Source of the DNA: Octopus sinensis
Lineage: Eukaryota
Assembly (NCBI RefSeq): GCF_006345805.1
Contig: NC_043009.1
Location: 4,836,001 to 4,900,000 of the forward strand
DNA length: 64,000 bases
Direction: 5' to 3'
This document shows, piece by piece, positions 53,330 through 64,000 of the stretch (position 1 is its first letter; the number at the start of each line of letters is the position of its first letter). The notes under the pieces were generated by a model. It saw only the letters and a program-made list of their open reading frames with translations. It was not told the DNA's origin and searched no databases. The position numbers were made by a program, and so were the translations under genes.

Positions 53330-53742
53330 AGCTTAAGATAAAGTTTTTAATTTTCCTTACTCTATCTTATCTTATCTAAGTGAATTTCCCACATGCTGCT
53401 TTGCTAACATTTGTATACTCTGAAGAAGTCTTGAGGTTCAAACATTATCCAATCTCTGTACAATGATTGTGCATCCCTGTATATCCCTGACTTGATGAGG
53501 ATACCTTGGAAGATACAGAAGCCCCATGGTAGAAACGGCCGTAAGTGATTTCTAACTGTACACTCCTCTATTATTATTCATTCATCTCTATATATCTGTT
53601 AACCTATTTATTGGCTGATCTCATATTCTTTTACCTGTACGACTTAAACACATGTATATTATCATTTCATAAATAGATGTAATGGAATGTTTACTAGCTG
53701 GTGTTTGTCGATTTTATATCCTCTCCATCTTCTTATTTGCCT
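53330..53742 (+). mobile_element. Family H4 element; HHR with 105-nt stem II region at 53416-53547
   Basis: TACT-CTGAAGA-(105 nt)-GAAAC-GGCC-GTA|AGTG; palindromic ACGGCCGT. Confidence 0.65.
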
Positions 53743-53934
53743 TAATTATACACACACATATATATATACATACAAATATATATACTCATATATATGCATA
53801 TATATATACATTTCATAAATGTATATATATATATATAAGGATATATATATAAATATACACAAATATATATATATATATATGTATTCATATATATATATGA
53901 ATAACTATGTAATATGTGCTTATGCATGGAAGAG

Positions 53935-53974
<40 letters not shown>

Positions 53975-54103
53975 ATATATATTCATATTAATAATTTTTT
54001 ATGCATACATACATATATAATCAATATTTTATACAATAACGTATCTTAAAACACCCATACAAACACACACACACACATACCACACGCGCACACACACACA
54101 CAG

Positions 54104-54149
<46 letters not shown>

Positions 54150-54930
54150 GTATAATCAGTTGTGTTTTCCGAAAAAGTGCCACTTATATAAATTAGAGTT
54201 ATTTACTGTAAGTATGAAATGTAGGCTCAGGGCAGAACAATAATGAATTATTAGACAATTGGCGGTTGTCATAGCGTGAAATAATTAGACCATTCATTGT
54301 GTGCGACTGGTGAATACTGGTTAGATTAAAATCTAAACTGATATTAGATTCTACGATCTGCTAACCTCTGTGCTGTATTACAAATTCGATTACTATTCAG
54401 AAATGAATTAATATTCTTTAGTTAGCTATTCATAGATATTAGTTAATGTTATTATGTGTGTTATTCACTCCTGAATTGCTTATTGTTTTATCTCGGAAAT
54501 AATCCGTTTAGAAACTGACCGAACGAAATTGCTACCACCGATTGAAGATTCAGATCGATAATTTGCTGTTTGCCGTTCGCATTCTACATCTACAATATCC
54601 TTATAGTAATTTAATTAGTTAACATACGCCAAGGAAGAATTGCTTTTATGAAATACTCTCAACCACCGAACACCGTTCTTCGTGAATTGACAAACCGATA
54701 ATTAATCAGTTCAAAGCAAAGGATGCTACCTTATCAGGTAAAAAATTCTGGTGTTATTTTTTTCTATTAATCTTGTGCAGATGTTCAACTTTCTTGAGAA
54801 AGAAAAAGCTTAGTTTTTGATATCTCAAATGCATTCTGCTTGTTTACTGCAGGCCATACATACATTATATACACGTACAAATATATGTATGTATGTATGT
54901 CATTATTCAGGTTTATTTCAAGATTTCTTG

Positions 54931-54976
54931 CCAATAGCCGGTTTCTAACCTTGATTCGAGGCTACTTCAATGGAAT
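54931..54976 (-). ncRNA. Degenerate hammerhead-like motif
   Basis: CCATTGA-AGT-AGCCT-cgaatca-AGGTT-A-GAAAC-CG-G; the core is non-canonical. Confidence 0.3.
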
Positions 54977-55510
54977 TTTAACATCAACAGGGTATGCATG
55001 TAAGTAAGCATGCATGTATGTATATGTATATATGCAGATTTTTATGTTTAATTTTACGTATGTATTCTCATGCATATAGTTACGTTTCTAGACATGCTCA
55101 TATATACTTAAATGACAAAGTTTTGGTAAGTTTTATAGATTTTTACAGTTCTTGTAATGGCTTGCGTCTGTAGTCTTCGAATCAGATTTATAATTTTTGT
55201 AATTGTATCAGCTTTCTCGTTTCCGTAATCAGCTTTCTCCTTTCATGTAATCTGGTAGTACTTTTAAAACGAAAAAAAAAGCGTATCATTCTGCAAAGCA
55301 TATAGAATATATAATGTGATACAAGAGAAAACACTAAGGTGTGTATATACATTCATAAATGACAGTGAAATAGTTTAGCTTGTTATTAATATCATTCATA
55401 AGCGCTATTTGGTCTGTCTTTACGTTCTGAGTTCAAATTCTGCTAAGGACATATTTGCCTTTCACACAGACACAGAGACACAGACACAGAGACACAGACA
55501 CACACACACA

Positions 55511-55541
<31 letters not shown>

Positions 55542-55546
<5 letters not shown>

Positions 55547-55742
55547 TAATCCAAGCAAGAAAACAAAAAAACACAACAACGCAAGGACGTGGAACAAATA
55601 AAGTATTATTGGACGCTCAGGAAAGAAGGGAAGAAGGAGGGTTTAACGTTTCGAGCGGAGCTCTTCGTCGGAAACATAGGAGAAGGAAAGATCCCGAGAA
55701 GGGAAGACAGAGGAAAAAAATCGCCAGTGGTACTCACGAGGT

Positions 55743-55743
<1 letters not shown>
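55542..55743 (-). mobile_element. Family H2 element; HHR-like motif at 55641-55675
   Basis: Highly similar reverse complement of 52938-53142; GTTT-CCGACGA-A-GAGC-tcc-GCTC-GAAAC-GTT-AAAC. Confidence 0.75.
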
Positions 55744-55825
<82 letters not shown>

Positions 55826-55835
<10 letters not shown>

Positions 55836-56042
55836 AGGGCTTAGTAAAGTAAATTACTTTGCCACATACTGAACTCATTAGAAATAGCAGCTAATAGCAG
55901 TGTGAGTTGGTTTGAGCAAACACTATCTGAGAGAGATCTTCTTTAAGTATTAGAAATAGCTAAAGAAATTTCTTTAGCTGCTATTTCTAATGAGTTCAGT
56001 ATGTGGCAAAGTAATTTATTTTACTAAGCCCTTATATATAAT
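55826..56042. repeat. Long inverted repeat (foldback) in (TA)n
   Basis: 60-bp arms 55835-55894 and 55974-56033 with one mismatch, plus an internal 22-bp palindrome at 55958-55979; the arm is related to ~53175-53245. Confidence 0.85.
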
Positions 56043-56135
56043 GTAATATTTTGAATTCGCCTAAAATGGTCCCTTTACATACTGAATACTTGGTGAAATT
56101 GATTAATAATTAATTAATTTTACCCTCAATTGTTG

Positions 56136-56176
<41 letters not shown>

Positions 56177-56653
56177 ACAGTTAGTCGTAAATGACAAAGC
56201 AATAGTTTGATATATTCTGTTTCACAATAAGAAAATTCTAATATCATGGCAAATTGTTTCGTTACGTAAAAAGACATGTCAATAATGTATACTATTATAT
56301 AAATGATAATTAAATAAATAAATAGATAAATAGATTATTTACATGCCTGCATTGATGGAAAATGCCAAAAGTCCTTCAAAATAATTCAGAATTTAAGTTA
56401 AATCCACAGGTGAAGAAACTCTTTGTTAAATGCTCGATTCTCGTCGTCACAAATCAAAATTTCAAAATATCACGGAAGACAATAATAATAAAATTGATAT
56501 AAATTAATAAAAGTATTTTCTAATGAATGGAGGGGAATTGAAGTAATATGATTAAAAAGCAGCTAGTAGGTATTATTAGTACAATAAAACAAAAGAGATA
56601 TATTTATTATTAAATATCTAGAAAACAAAATATCGTAATAATAGCGAAAAAAG

Positions 56654-56691
<38 letters not shown>

Positions 56692-56710
56692 ATATATATA
56701 TATATATATA

Positions 56711-56747
<37 letters not shown>

Positions 56748-56786
56748 TTGTTATAACAACAACAACAACATCAATAATAATAATAT

Positions 56787-56955
56787 TTCTTGCATGATAA
56801 TTGACATAGCATGCCCCAGTGACAACAGAATCAATGTGAAAGAAGAAAAACAGTTAAGCAACTATGGCGTTTTGAAGTAGGAAATACGAAGGTTTTTATT
56901 AATGAGGAGAGTAAACGTGATAGCAATAGTAATTAGTACATATGGAAGTATCAAC
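56787..56955 (+). pseudogene. R4/Dong restriction-like endonuclease fragment
   Basis: CMIIDIACPSDNRINVKEEKQLSNYGVLK*EIRR...VIAIVI, following (CAA/TAA)n. Confidence 0.7.
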
Positions 56956-57329
56956 ACTCAACTACCAACAAACAACACACAATGCAAAAACAAATACAAC
57001 AGAAAACTCAAACCAATCCCCATAACAGCACATACTCATACAATTTAAATCTCCCACCCCAACAAAATTATGCATTACAAACGTGCAACAAATGATGCAG
57101 TAGAAAGCTGCTTGAAACTATCAGATGTCGAAAAATTATAGTGTTGATGATGTTGGTAATGAATGTTACCTTACCTCAGTTTATGAGAGACAGAAGTTTC
57201 CGAAGAAACTCTTGTTGTAACAGCAAAAATGAAGCTGGACATTTAAGGGAAAGCCTATCGCTCGACAGTAGTTCAGTAAATATGTAAATTGACCACAGCT
57301 GTGATCCTAATACAGCATCAGAAGATAAT

Positions 57330-58965
57330 AGAGTAAGTGGGAGTGAGTGGTCCAGAGAAGAAAACAGGATAGTGATGCAGTGCTTCTTAGAAAATGAACC
57401 TAAAAGAAGGAGCTATAGGAAACGGATGTTAAAATTTTGGTTAGAGAAGGGGATGTTTAAAGTGACTGAACAGAGATTAGTTGATCAAGCTGACGCTATT
57501 AGGAGGAGAAAGTGGATGAGAGAACTGGAAGTAGAAGGGATCATAAGAGAACTGGAAAAGAAAGACAAACAACATAAGAGATACAGCTCAAACCAAAGAA
57601 GAATCTAAAGGAAAACATAATAATAGCTCTACCAATAATGAACGGAGCAACGACTTGAATGATTTAAGTGAGGAAGATCAGAAGATTTTAGATGAGTTGC
57701 AGAAAGTAATGAGTATAGAAGCAAGGAAAAGATTGACAGCATTAAAATGCACCAACAGAAGGAAGCTGCTAGAAATGACGAGAGAAGTAGATTCTGTTAT
57801 CGGTAGGATAGATACAAAAAATATAGGAGACACTGACTTATTTATATATGTAGGAGGGGTAGTAGTCACTAGATGATTAGGTATCTCATAGGGAAAGATT
57901 AAAAATGAGCAAATGTGGAAAAGGAGACTAGAAAATAAAGTGAAGACTTTCAGGCAAAATCTGAGTAGAATAGAAATCTGGAAACTGAACAAATTAGAAA
58001 ATACAAGATGAAAATCTTCCCCTCAGAAAAGATACTTAGTCAAAGAGAAAGGATTTGGGACAGTAATAGAAGAGCGTGTGATAGCAGTAGCAGGTAAGCT
58101 GTCCAGATATCAGAAAAGAATATATCAGTATAGATTATTTGAGACAGACTAGAGATTTTATAACCAAATAAATAGTGGAGAACGAAGAACTGAAGATGTG
58201 AAGCCTATTGCAGAAGAAACTAGAAAGGTTTGGAGTAACATTTGGGATAACCAGTCAATCATAATCGAGATGTAGTATGGTTAAAGTAAGTGAAGAAGTA
58301 GTGAATGAGAAGCAACCAGATCTAAGATTAGTGCATTAATGAGTATAGTGTTGGGAAAAATGCCGAATTGGAGGGTCCAGTACCATATATTGTTCATGGG
58401 TACTGGTTAAAGAAATTTAATAGTTTATATGAGAGGCCAAAGGAACAACTTCAGGATTGCCTTAATGGATGCATAGAGGGAGGAAAATACACCTTATGAA
58501 AGACACAACAAGGCTAATACAGCTAGCAAGTATGGTCCAATCGCTTGCTTACCATTAGTTTAGAGGCTGTAACATTAACAGGAATGCTTTCAGAAAGTAT
58601 TTACAATCACCTTGAGAACCAGAATTTATTGCCAGAAGAGCAGATAAGGTTGTAGGAAGACGGCTAGAGGCACGCATGATCTATTATGCACAGACAAAGC
58701 TGTTCTAACTAAAGGAAAAACTAGAAAGAAAAATCAACACTAGCATGGTTAGATTATAAGACAGCCTATGACATGATCCCACACTCATGGATAAGTGAGT
58801 GTTTAAGTATATTCAGTATAGCAGACAAAATAAGAAAATTAATTAACTTCAGCATGGAAATATGGAAAGGTGACACACTCTTAGGGAAAGTTAATATCAA
58901 GAAAGGAATTTTCCAAGGGGATTCGTTATCCCCTTTAATATTTATCTTATGTTTTATCCCACCCA
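57330..58965 (+). pseudogene. R4/Dong LINE ORF remnant (N-terminus plus RT)
   Basis: WSREENRIVMQCF..SYRKRML..TEQRLVDQ; LAWLDYKTAYDMIPHSWI; KGIFQGDSLSPLIF; many frameshifts. Confidence 0.9.
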
Positions 58966-59344
58966 CGTCTAGTTTAGTGAGATAATGACTCACTCCAATT
59001 TTCTCCTTGTGCTTACATTTTTTTCTTACTTTATCCATGTTTACCCGGTTGTCGCTTCCCAGCAAAAACCAAGGAAGACAATTTGCAGCAGAACTTATTA
59101 AATAGCAGGAAAATAGCTTGAATATATATTGTTGTTGGTAAACGAAAAAAAACAACAACAATTGGACGTTTTTCGTTGCCCAGTTTAGCCAAGAAAGTAT
59201 TCGTTTGCTGACAAGAAAGAGTTAGGACTTTCATACATTGGAAATTTCGCTATCAATAGCGACTACTAAAAGAAGAAAAAAATGTAATGCAATGTATCAA
59301 CCAAAAAGTTCTCAGAGCGTGACAAAGCAAGCATGCTGTAGTAT

Positions 59345-59568
59345 ATACCAAATTACACTGACAGGAAGATCGAGGCTAATCGACCGGATATTGTTGTCAA
59401 TGACAACCAGGAAAGGATATGCCATCTAATCGAAATGCCATTTCCCAACAGGCGTTAATGTACTTCCAACTGAAATGTCGAAATTTACCAAATATGAAAG
59501 TATGAAAATAGATGAAGCTAAAACGTGAGTAGTAAAAACATAAACAATAATAATTGGCATTGGAGAGA

Positions 59569-59600
<32 letters not shown>

Positions 59601-59670
59601 ACTAAAATGTTACTAACATATAATATTAGGAATAGAGCTCTTCTTGGGGTTGCAATCAGAGCAGTTAGAT
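59345..59670 (+). pseudogene. R4/Dong endonuclease and C-terminal remnant
   Basis: DRKIEANRPDIVV..ICHLIE..KFTKYESM; ALLG. Confidence 0.7.
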
Positions 59671-59842
59671 GACTCAATACAGTAGAAAATAAAGGAAAAC
59701 CTAACAGTTCATATAACCCAGACACAAAGGAAAACACTCAACGGTGCATTGAAAGCAAGCAATAAACAGAAGAACCGGCAAATAAGAATAACAGAATTTG
59801 CGGGAGTATGCATGTATATTCGCATGTATGTATATATATATA

Positions 59843-59919
<77 letters not shown>

Positions 59920-61477
59920 GTGTGTGTGTGTGTGTGTGTATTTGTGCCTGTATGTATGTGTATTAGTATGTATGTGCGAATAATTTTGTTTAAATGTGTA
60001 TCTGTATATGTGTGTATATATATATACATACATACATACATATATATATATATATAGCATATATATATATATATATACATGGCAGCAAGTAGATGTAGTA
60101 TTTTTGAGGGACAATAGTAGTGGCACTATCAGGTTGCTAGTATGTGGTTGCTAGCTACTGTTCCTACTACCACCACTACCACTTAGTAATACCAGTAAAG
60201 AACTGTCACTCCCACCACCACTGATCCGCCTCCCACTACTATTAGACCTATCTCCTACCAGCTAACAAATACCAGACCACGAAATACAACGCCATGTGAA
60301 GTATAATATGAACATCCAGAAGTGTTCGTTAGAAAGTTTAATTTGTTTTATTTTTCCATTTTCATTCATTTCTTTTTTTCTTTTATATAGTTTTTTTCAG
60401 TTTGAAGAGGTCATCTTAAACGACCGGAACCATACATATTCTTTTGTTTATATATTATTTATCTATATATTATATATCTATATATTATATAATATCCATA
60501 CAAATACGTGCGGTTGCGGTCGTTGAAGTATATTCACACCTATGTATGTGTCCATTAATGTGTTTGTGTCTGTGCGTGCGTTCGTGTGTGTTTCATTGTG
60601 TGTTGTGACTAAATAAAAAAAATCAAAGATTGTTTAACTTTCGCCTTTGTCTTCGCCAATTCTGTCTATTATTTCATTCCTATATTCTTATTCTTACATG
60701 TTTTCAAATTTTCGCTTCTTCTCAGCGTTCGTCCTTGTATTTGCCGTGCAACCTTCTAATTAGGCCTAATTTTGAAGGCTTGTTGTATCCGAATACAAGA
60801 TCCAACTCAATGTGCTTTAAGCCTATATTTTGGTCTATGTACGTCATTTCTATAGCACACATATATATGCTATACTTCCAGAATTTATTAGCTATGAATG
60901 CAGATTTATAAGGTCCAAATGTCACACAAAAATTTAAAACAACTTTAGAAATTACTCTTTTATTCCTTAATTAAATATTGGAACTTTTGAAAGAAAACTT
61001 TATGTAAGTATTTATGAAACTCATAAGATATTTTGTTTTTGTTTTGTGAAAGTGTCCATGTCGTAGTAGAAAAGAAATGATGGTAGTAAGAAATTCTAGG
61101 GAGAGCTGAACAGCAGAATATTTTGTTTGTGAACTACTTATATACTAAAGTGGACTGGATGCATTCAGGTCACATTGGCAGCGCAGAACTATATAGATTA
61201 CATTCTGATGATAATAAACTAGGGGCTTAAACCTGTTTGTTACTTCTGTTCCCTTCACGGTAAAATATTTCATTCAATAATGACGTGAGTTCTTCACAGA
61301 AATATTTCACCCGTTATTGTTTTAGTTTCTCCTTGTTGAAAACCCTGTCTACTTCTGACCGAGATTTGCTCGTCAATCGTTTTAGGCTTGTTCGTCCTTA
61401 GGTTTCGTTCTGATATAGTATTATGTCTCATTACAGTAAGTAACATGCATTAGCTACTCTCAAGTCGGTGTGATAGG

Positions 61478-61730
61478 AAAGCACATGGCGTAATGGTTAC
61501 TGTTTTGCATTCACGTTCTTACGCTGTGCGTTGTATTTTTTGCCCACTTCGTTTCATATTACTGCAAGCTGCGCGACTATAAACAAGTCCCAGCAACGTT
61601 TACGACATTAACACGGCAGCGTTGCGACACTCTCCTCTAAATAAGGAGCATGTCATAATCTCAGTCGCTTATACACTGGAAAGCGGCTTAATTTCCGGGT
61701 GTATCAGCCCTAAGCCTTATGACGAACGTG
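61478..61730 (+). mobile_element. Old decayed tRNA-derived SINE
   Basis: GCACATGGCGTAATGGTTA head resembling families C/D. Confidence 0.4.
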
Positions 61731-62280
61731 GCGCGTTTTAAAAGATTAATGGTTACTATTTCTAGCTTGTCAAGGGTCTACGTAGAGTCTTTCTGACCCT
61801 TCACATAGATGTTAAGGAAAATATGAGTGAAGCAAATACAATTTAATATTAATTGACGATGTTATGACGCTGATCATCACAGAACACTCTTAACGCTGAG
61901 TTTTGATAAGAAAACAATTATTTGGTGATTAATAAACTCTGTGATTCATTCTTTTCACGGCTGGAATAATTTAATTTCCATTACATTCATGATGCATTTA
62001 TAAAATGGTTTTCCAATTACAAATTCATATTTATTCACTATTGTAAATCTATAGAAATAATTCTTTAGTCTTTCTCACAATAACTATTTCTCTGCAATTA
62101 CCTTCTTATTTGCAATGTCTTTCAATCACTCAACTGCCAAAACAAACAGGGAATATATCAGTCACAGCAACACAAATGTCTTCGCTAATTCAGAAGGATG
62201 CTAAGTTGATACATTGTTACATCTCCATGCATCGCACAGCATCAATATACACTTGCACGCACACACACACACACACACAC

Positions 62281-62356
<76 letters not shown>

Positions 62357-62390
62357 TGTGTGTGTGTGTGTGTGTCTATAATAAAATAAA

Positions 62391-62642
62391 CGCGCCCTTT
62401 TAAAGCCTAGCCAGGCTCATGGGCCCGGTTTCCAGGTCACTATGGCGTATGTGTTCCCCAGCTGGACGGGACGCCTGTCCATCACAGCGTTACTTATTTT
62501 TGCCAGCTGAGTGAACTGGAGCAACGCGAAATGAAGTGTTTTGCTCAAGAACACAACGCGTCACCTGGTCCAGGAATCGAAACCACAATCTTACGATCAT
62601 GGTGCTGTGCTGACACCCTAACCACTACGCCACGCGCCTCCA
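62391..62642 (-). mobile_element. SINE with family C head and D-like tail
   Basis: GGAGGCGCGTGGCGTAGTGGTTAGG head; GCTCCAGTTCACTCAGCTGG core; CCCGTCCAGCTGGGGAAC..GGAAACCGGGCCCATGAGCC tail. Confidence 0.8.
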
Positions 62643-63070
62643 TTACACACATATATATATATATAATAAACGAAAAATGTATGCTAAATAAACAAACGAT
62701 GCAACGTTTATTGAGTGTAGAACCGGACGGGACACAAACACAGAAGGTCCCTAATTCTTCATCAGTTACTCAGACACGTGCCATAATTGATAAGAATGAG
62801 GACTTCCCATATTGGTGGTGCCCGCAAAAACATTTTCTTGCGGAGAATTCAGGGCCGAGAGTAAACAAAATGCAAGACAACACAGCGTTAGTTAGGGCGG
62901 TGGAGAAGGATGACGAGACGAGCAAAACACGGCCTGCGAGTCAAGTAGAGAAAGATATCATAAAGGATAAGGCACGAAGAGACAGAGAATTTGCGACTGG
63001 TCAGCTACGGGAGCAGAGTGAGAAAGGGAGAATGCTGGCTGCGGGTCACAGACATCGAATGAGAAAGAGC

Positions 63071-63140
<70 letters not shown>

Positions 63141-63173
63141 GAGAGAATAGGGTCTTTCAGGTACACACATTCG

Positions 63174-63396
63174 AGCTGGCAGAAACGTTAGCACGCCGGG
63201 CGAAATGCGTAGCCGTATTTTGTCTGTCGTTACGTTCTGAGTTCAAATTCCGCCGAGGTCGACTTTGTCTTTCATCCTTTCGGCGTCGATTAAATAAGTA
63301 CCACTTACGCACTGGGGTCGACGTAATCGACTTAATCCCTGCGTCTGTCCTTGTTTGTCCCCTCTGTGTTTAGCCCCTTGTCGGTAGTAAAGAAAT
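63174..63396 (+). mobile_element. SINE family B, young copy
   Basis: Intact core; 15-bp TSD AGGTACACACATTCG (63159 and 63397). Confidence 0.9.
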
Positions 63397-64000
63397 AGGT
63401 ACACACATTCGCACACATATGTATATATATGCTCATCTTTAAACTAACCGTATTTTCAATTTCCATCTAAAAAAAAAAACACAAAATAACAGCACATCTA
63501 TACAAACAGCTTTATTTTTGACAAATATGTAATTGACATTGTTTCACATCAAGTCAATAAGCCAACCTAAGCAGTTTTTTTTGCGGTGCTGGCACGGTTC
63601 ATGTCCATTAATTTAGCAGATATACTATCGAAAGGGTTCTTTCCTTGAAAATCTCTCCTATTTCCATATCAGGGACGATATTGTCCAAACTATGGTGGAG
63701 CGTGACTTGACGGAAATTTTAGTCAGAAGATCTATTTCATTCAGTCCATTACTATTTATTTATTTTGTAAGCAAAATTCTATATGTTAATCGCCTGTGGT
63801 TTAGCGTCGAATAACCAGAATCATAAGTTCATGAAATAAAGTACTTGACGTTATTTTTCTGACTCATTGCGCTCTGTGTTCGAATCCTACAGAGATCAAC
63901 TTTGCCTATCATGTCTCAGACGTCAATGAAAAAGACTGCCAAGTAACGGAGTGGATATAATCAACCAATTCTCTCTTTACCTAAAGAACAGTCTTATGTC

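Noticed and set aside
62735-62770. Minus-strand CTGATGA-AGAA..TTCT hairpin as a hammerhead
   Set aside because: No GAAA or cleavage triplet follows the stem.
62531-63373. Longest ORF (280 aa)
   Set aside because: Chance read-through across an antisense SINE, (TA)n, an unknown repeat, (GA)n and SINE B.

Overview
AT-rich, microsatellite-saturated eukaryotic non-coding DNA. The SINE families and repeat landscape look like an Octopus (coleoid cephalopod) intron or intergenic region; this is recognition from memory, not a database result. No intact protein-coding gene is supported, and almost every ORF in the track is a translated (TA)n, (CA)n, (TAA)n, (CAT)n or (CTA)n repeat. The window holds about 30 copies of four tRNA-derived SINE families (several with clean TSDs), decayed R4/Dong non-LTR retrotransposons, two kinds of Penelope-like element (PLE) remnants, Tc1/mariner remnants, a Tigger-like MITE and non-autonomous Helitrons. 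The most notable signal is about 18 type I hammerhead-ribozyme (HHR) motifs. They belong to 8-10 apparently unrelated 200-450 bp non-coding element families, most of them inserted in (TA)n. Two are near-textbook HHRs (29700-29744 and 28389-28439, both minus strand). One family forms about 355-bp, differently permuted partial tandems (retrozyme/circRNA-like), some families have non-canonical cores or stem II inserts over 100 nt, and one HHR lies in the tail of a PLE GIY-YIG remnant.
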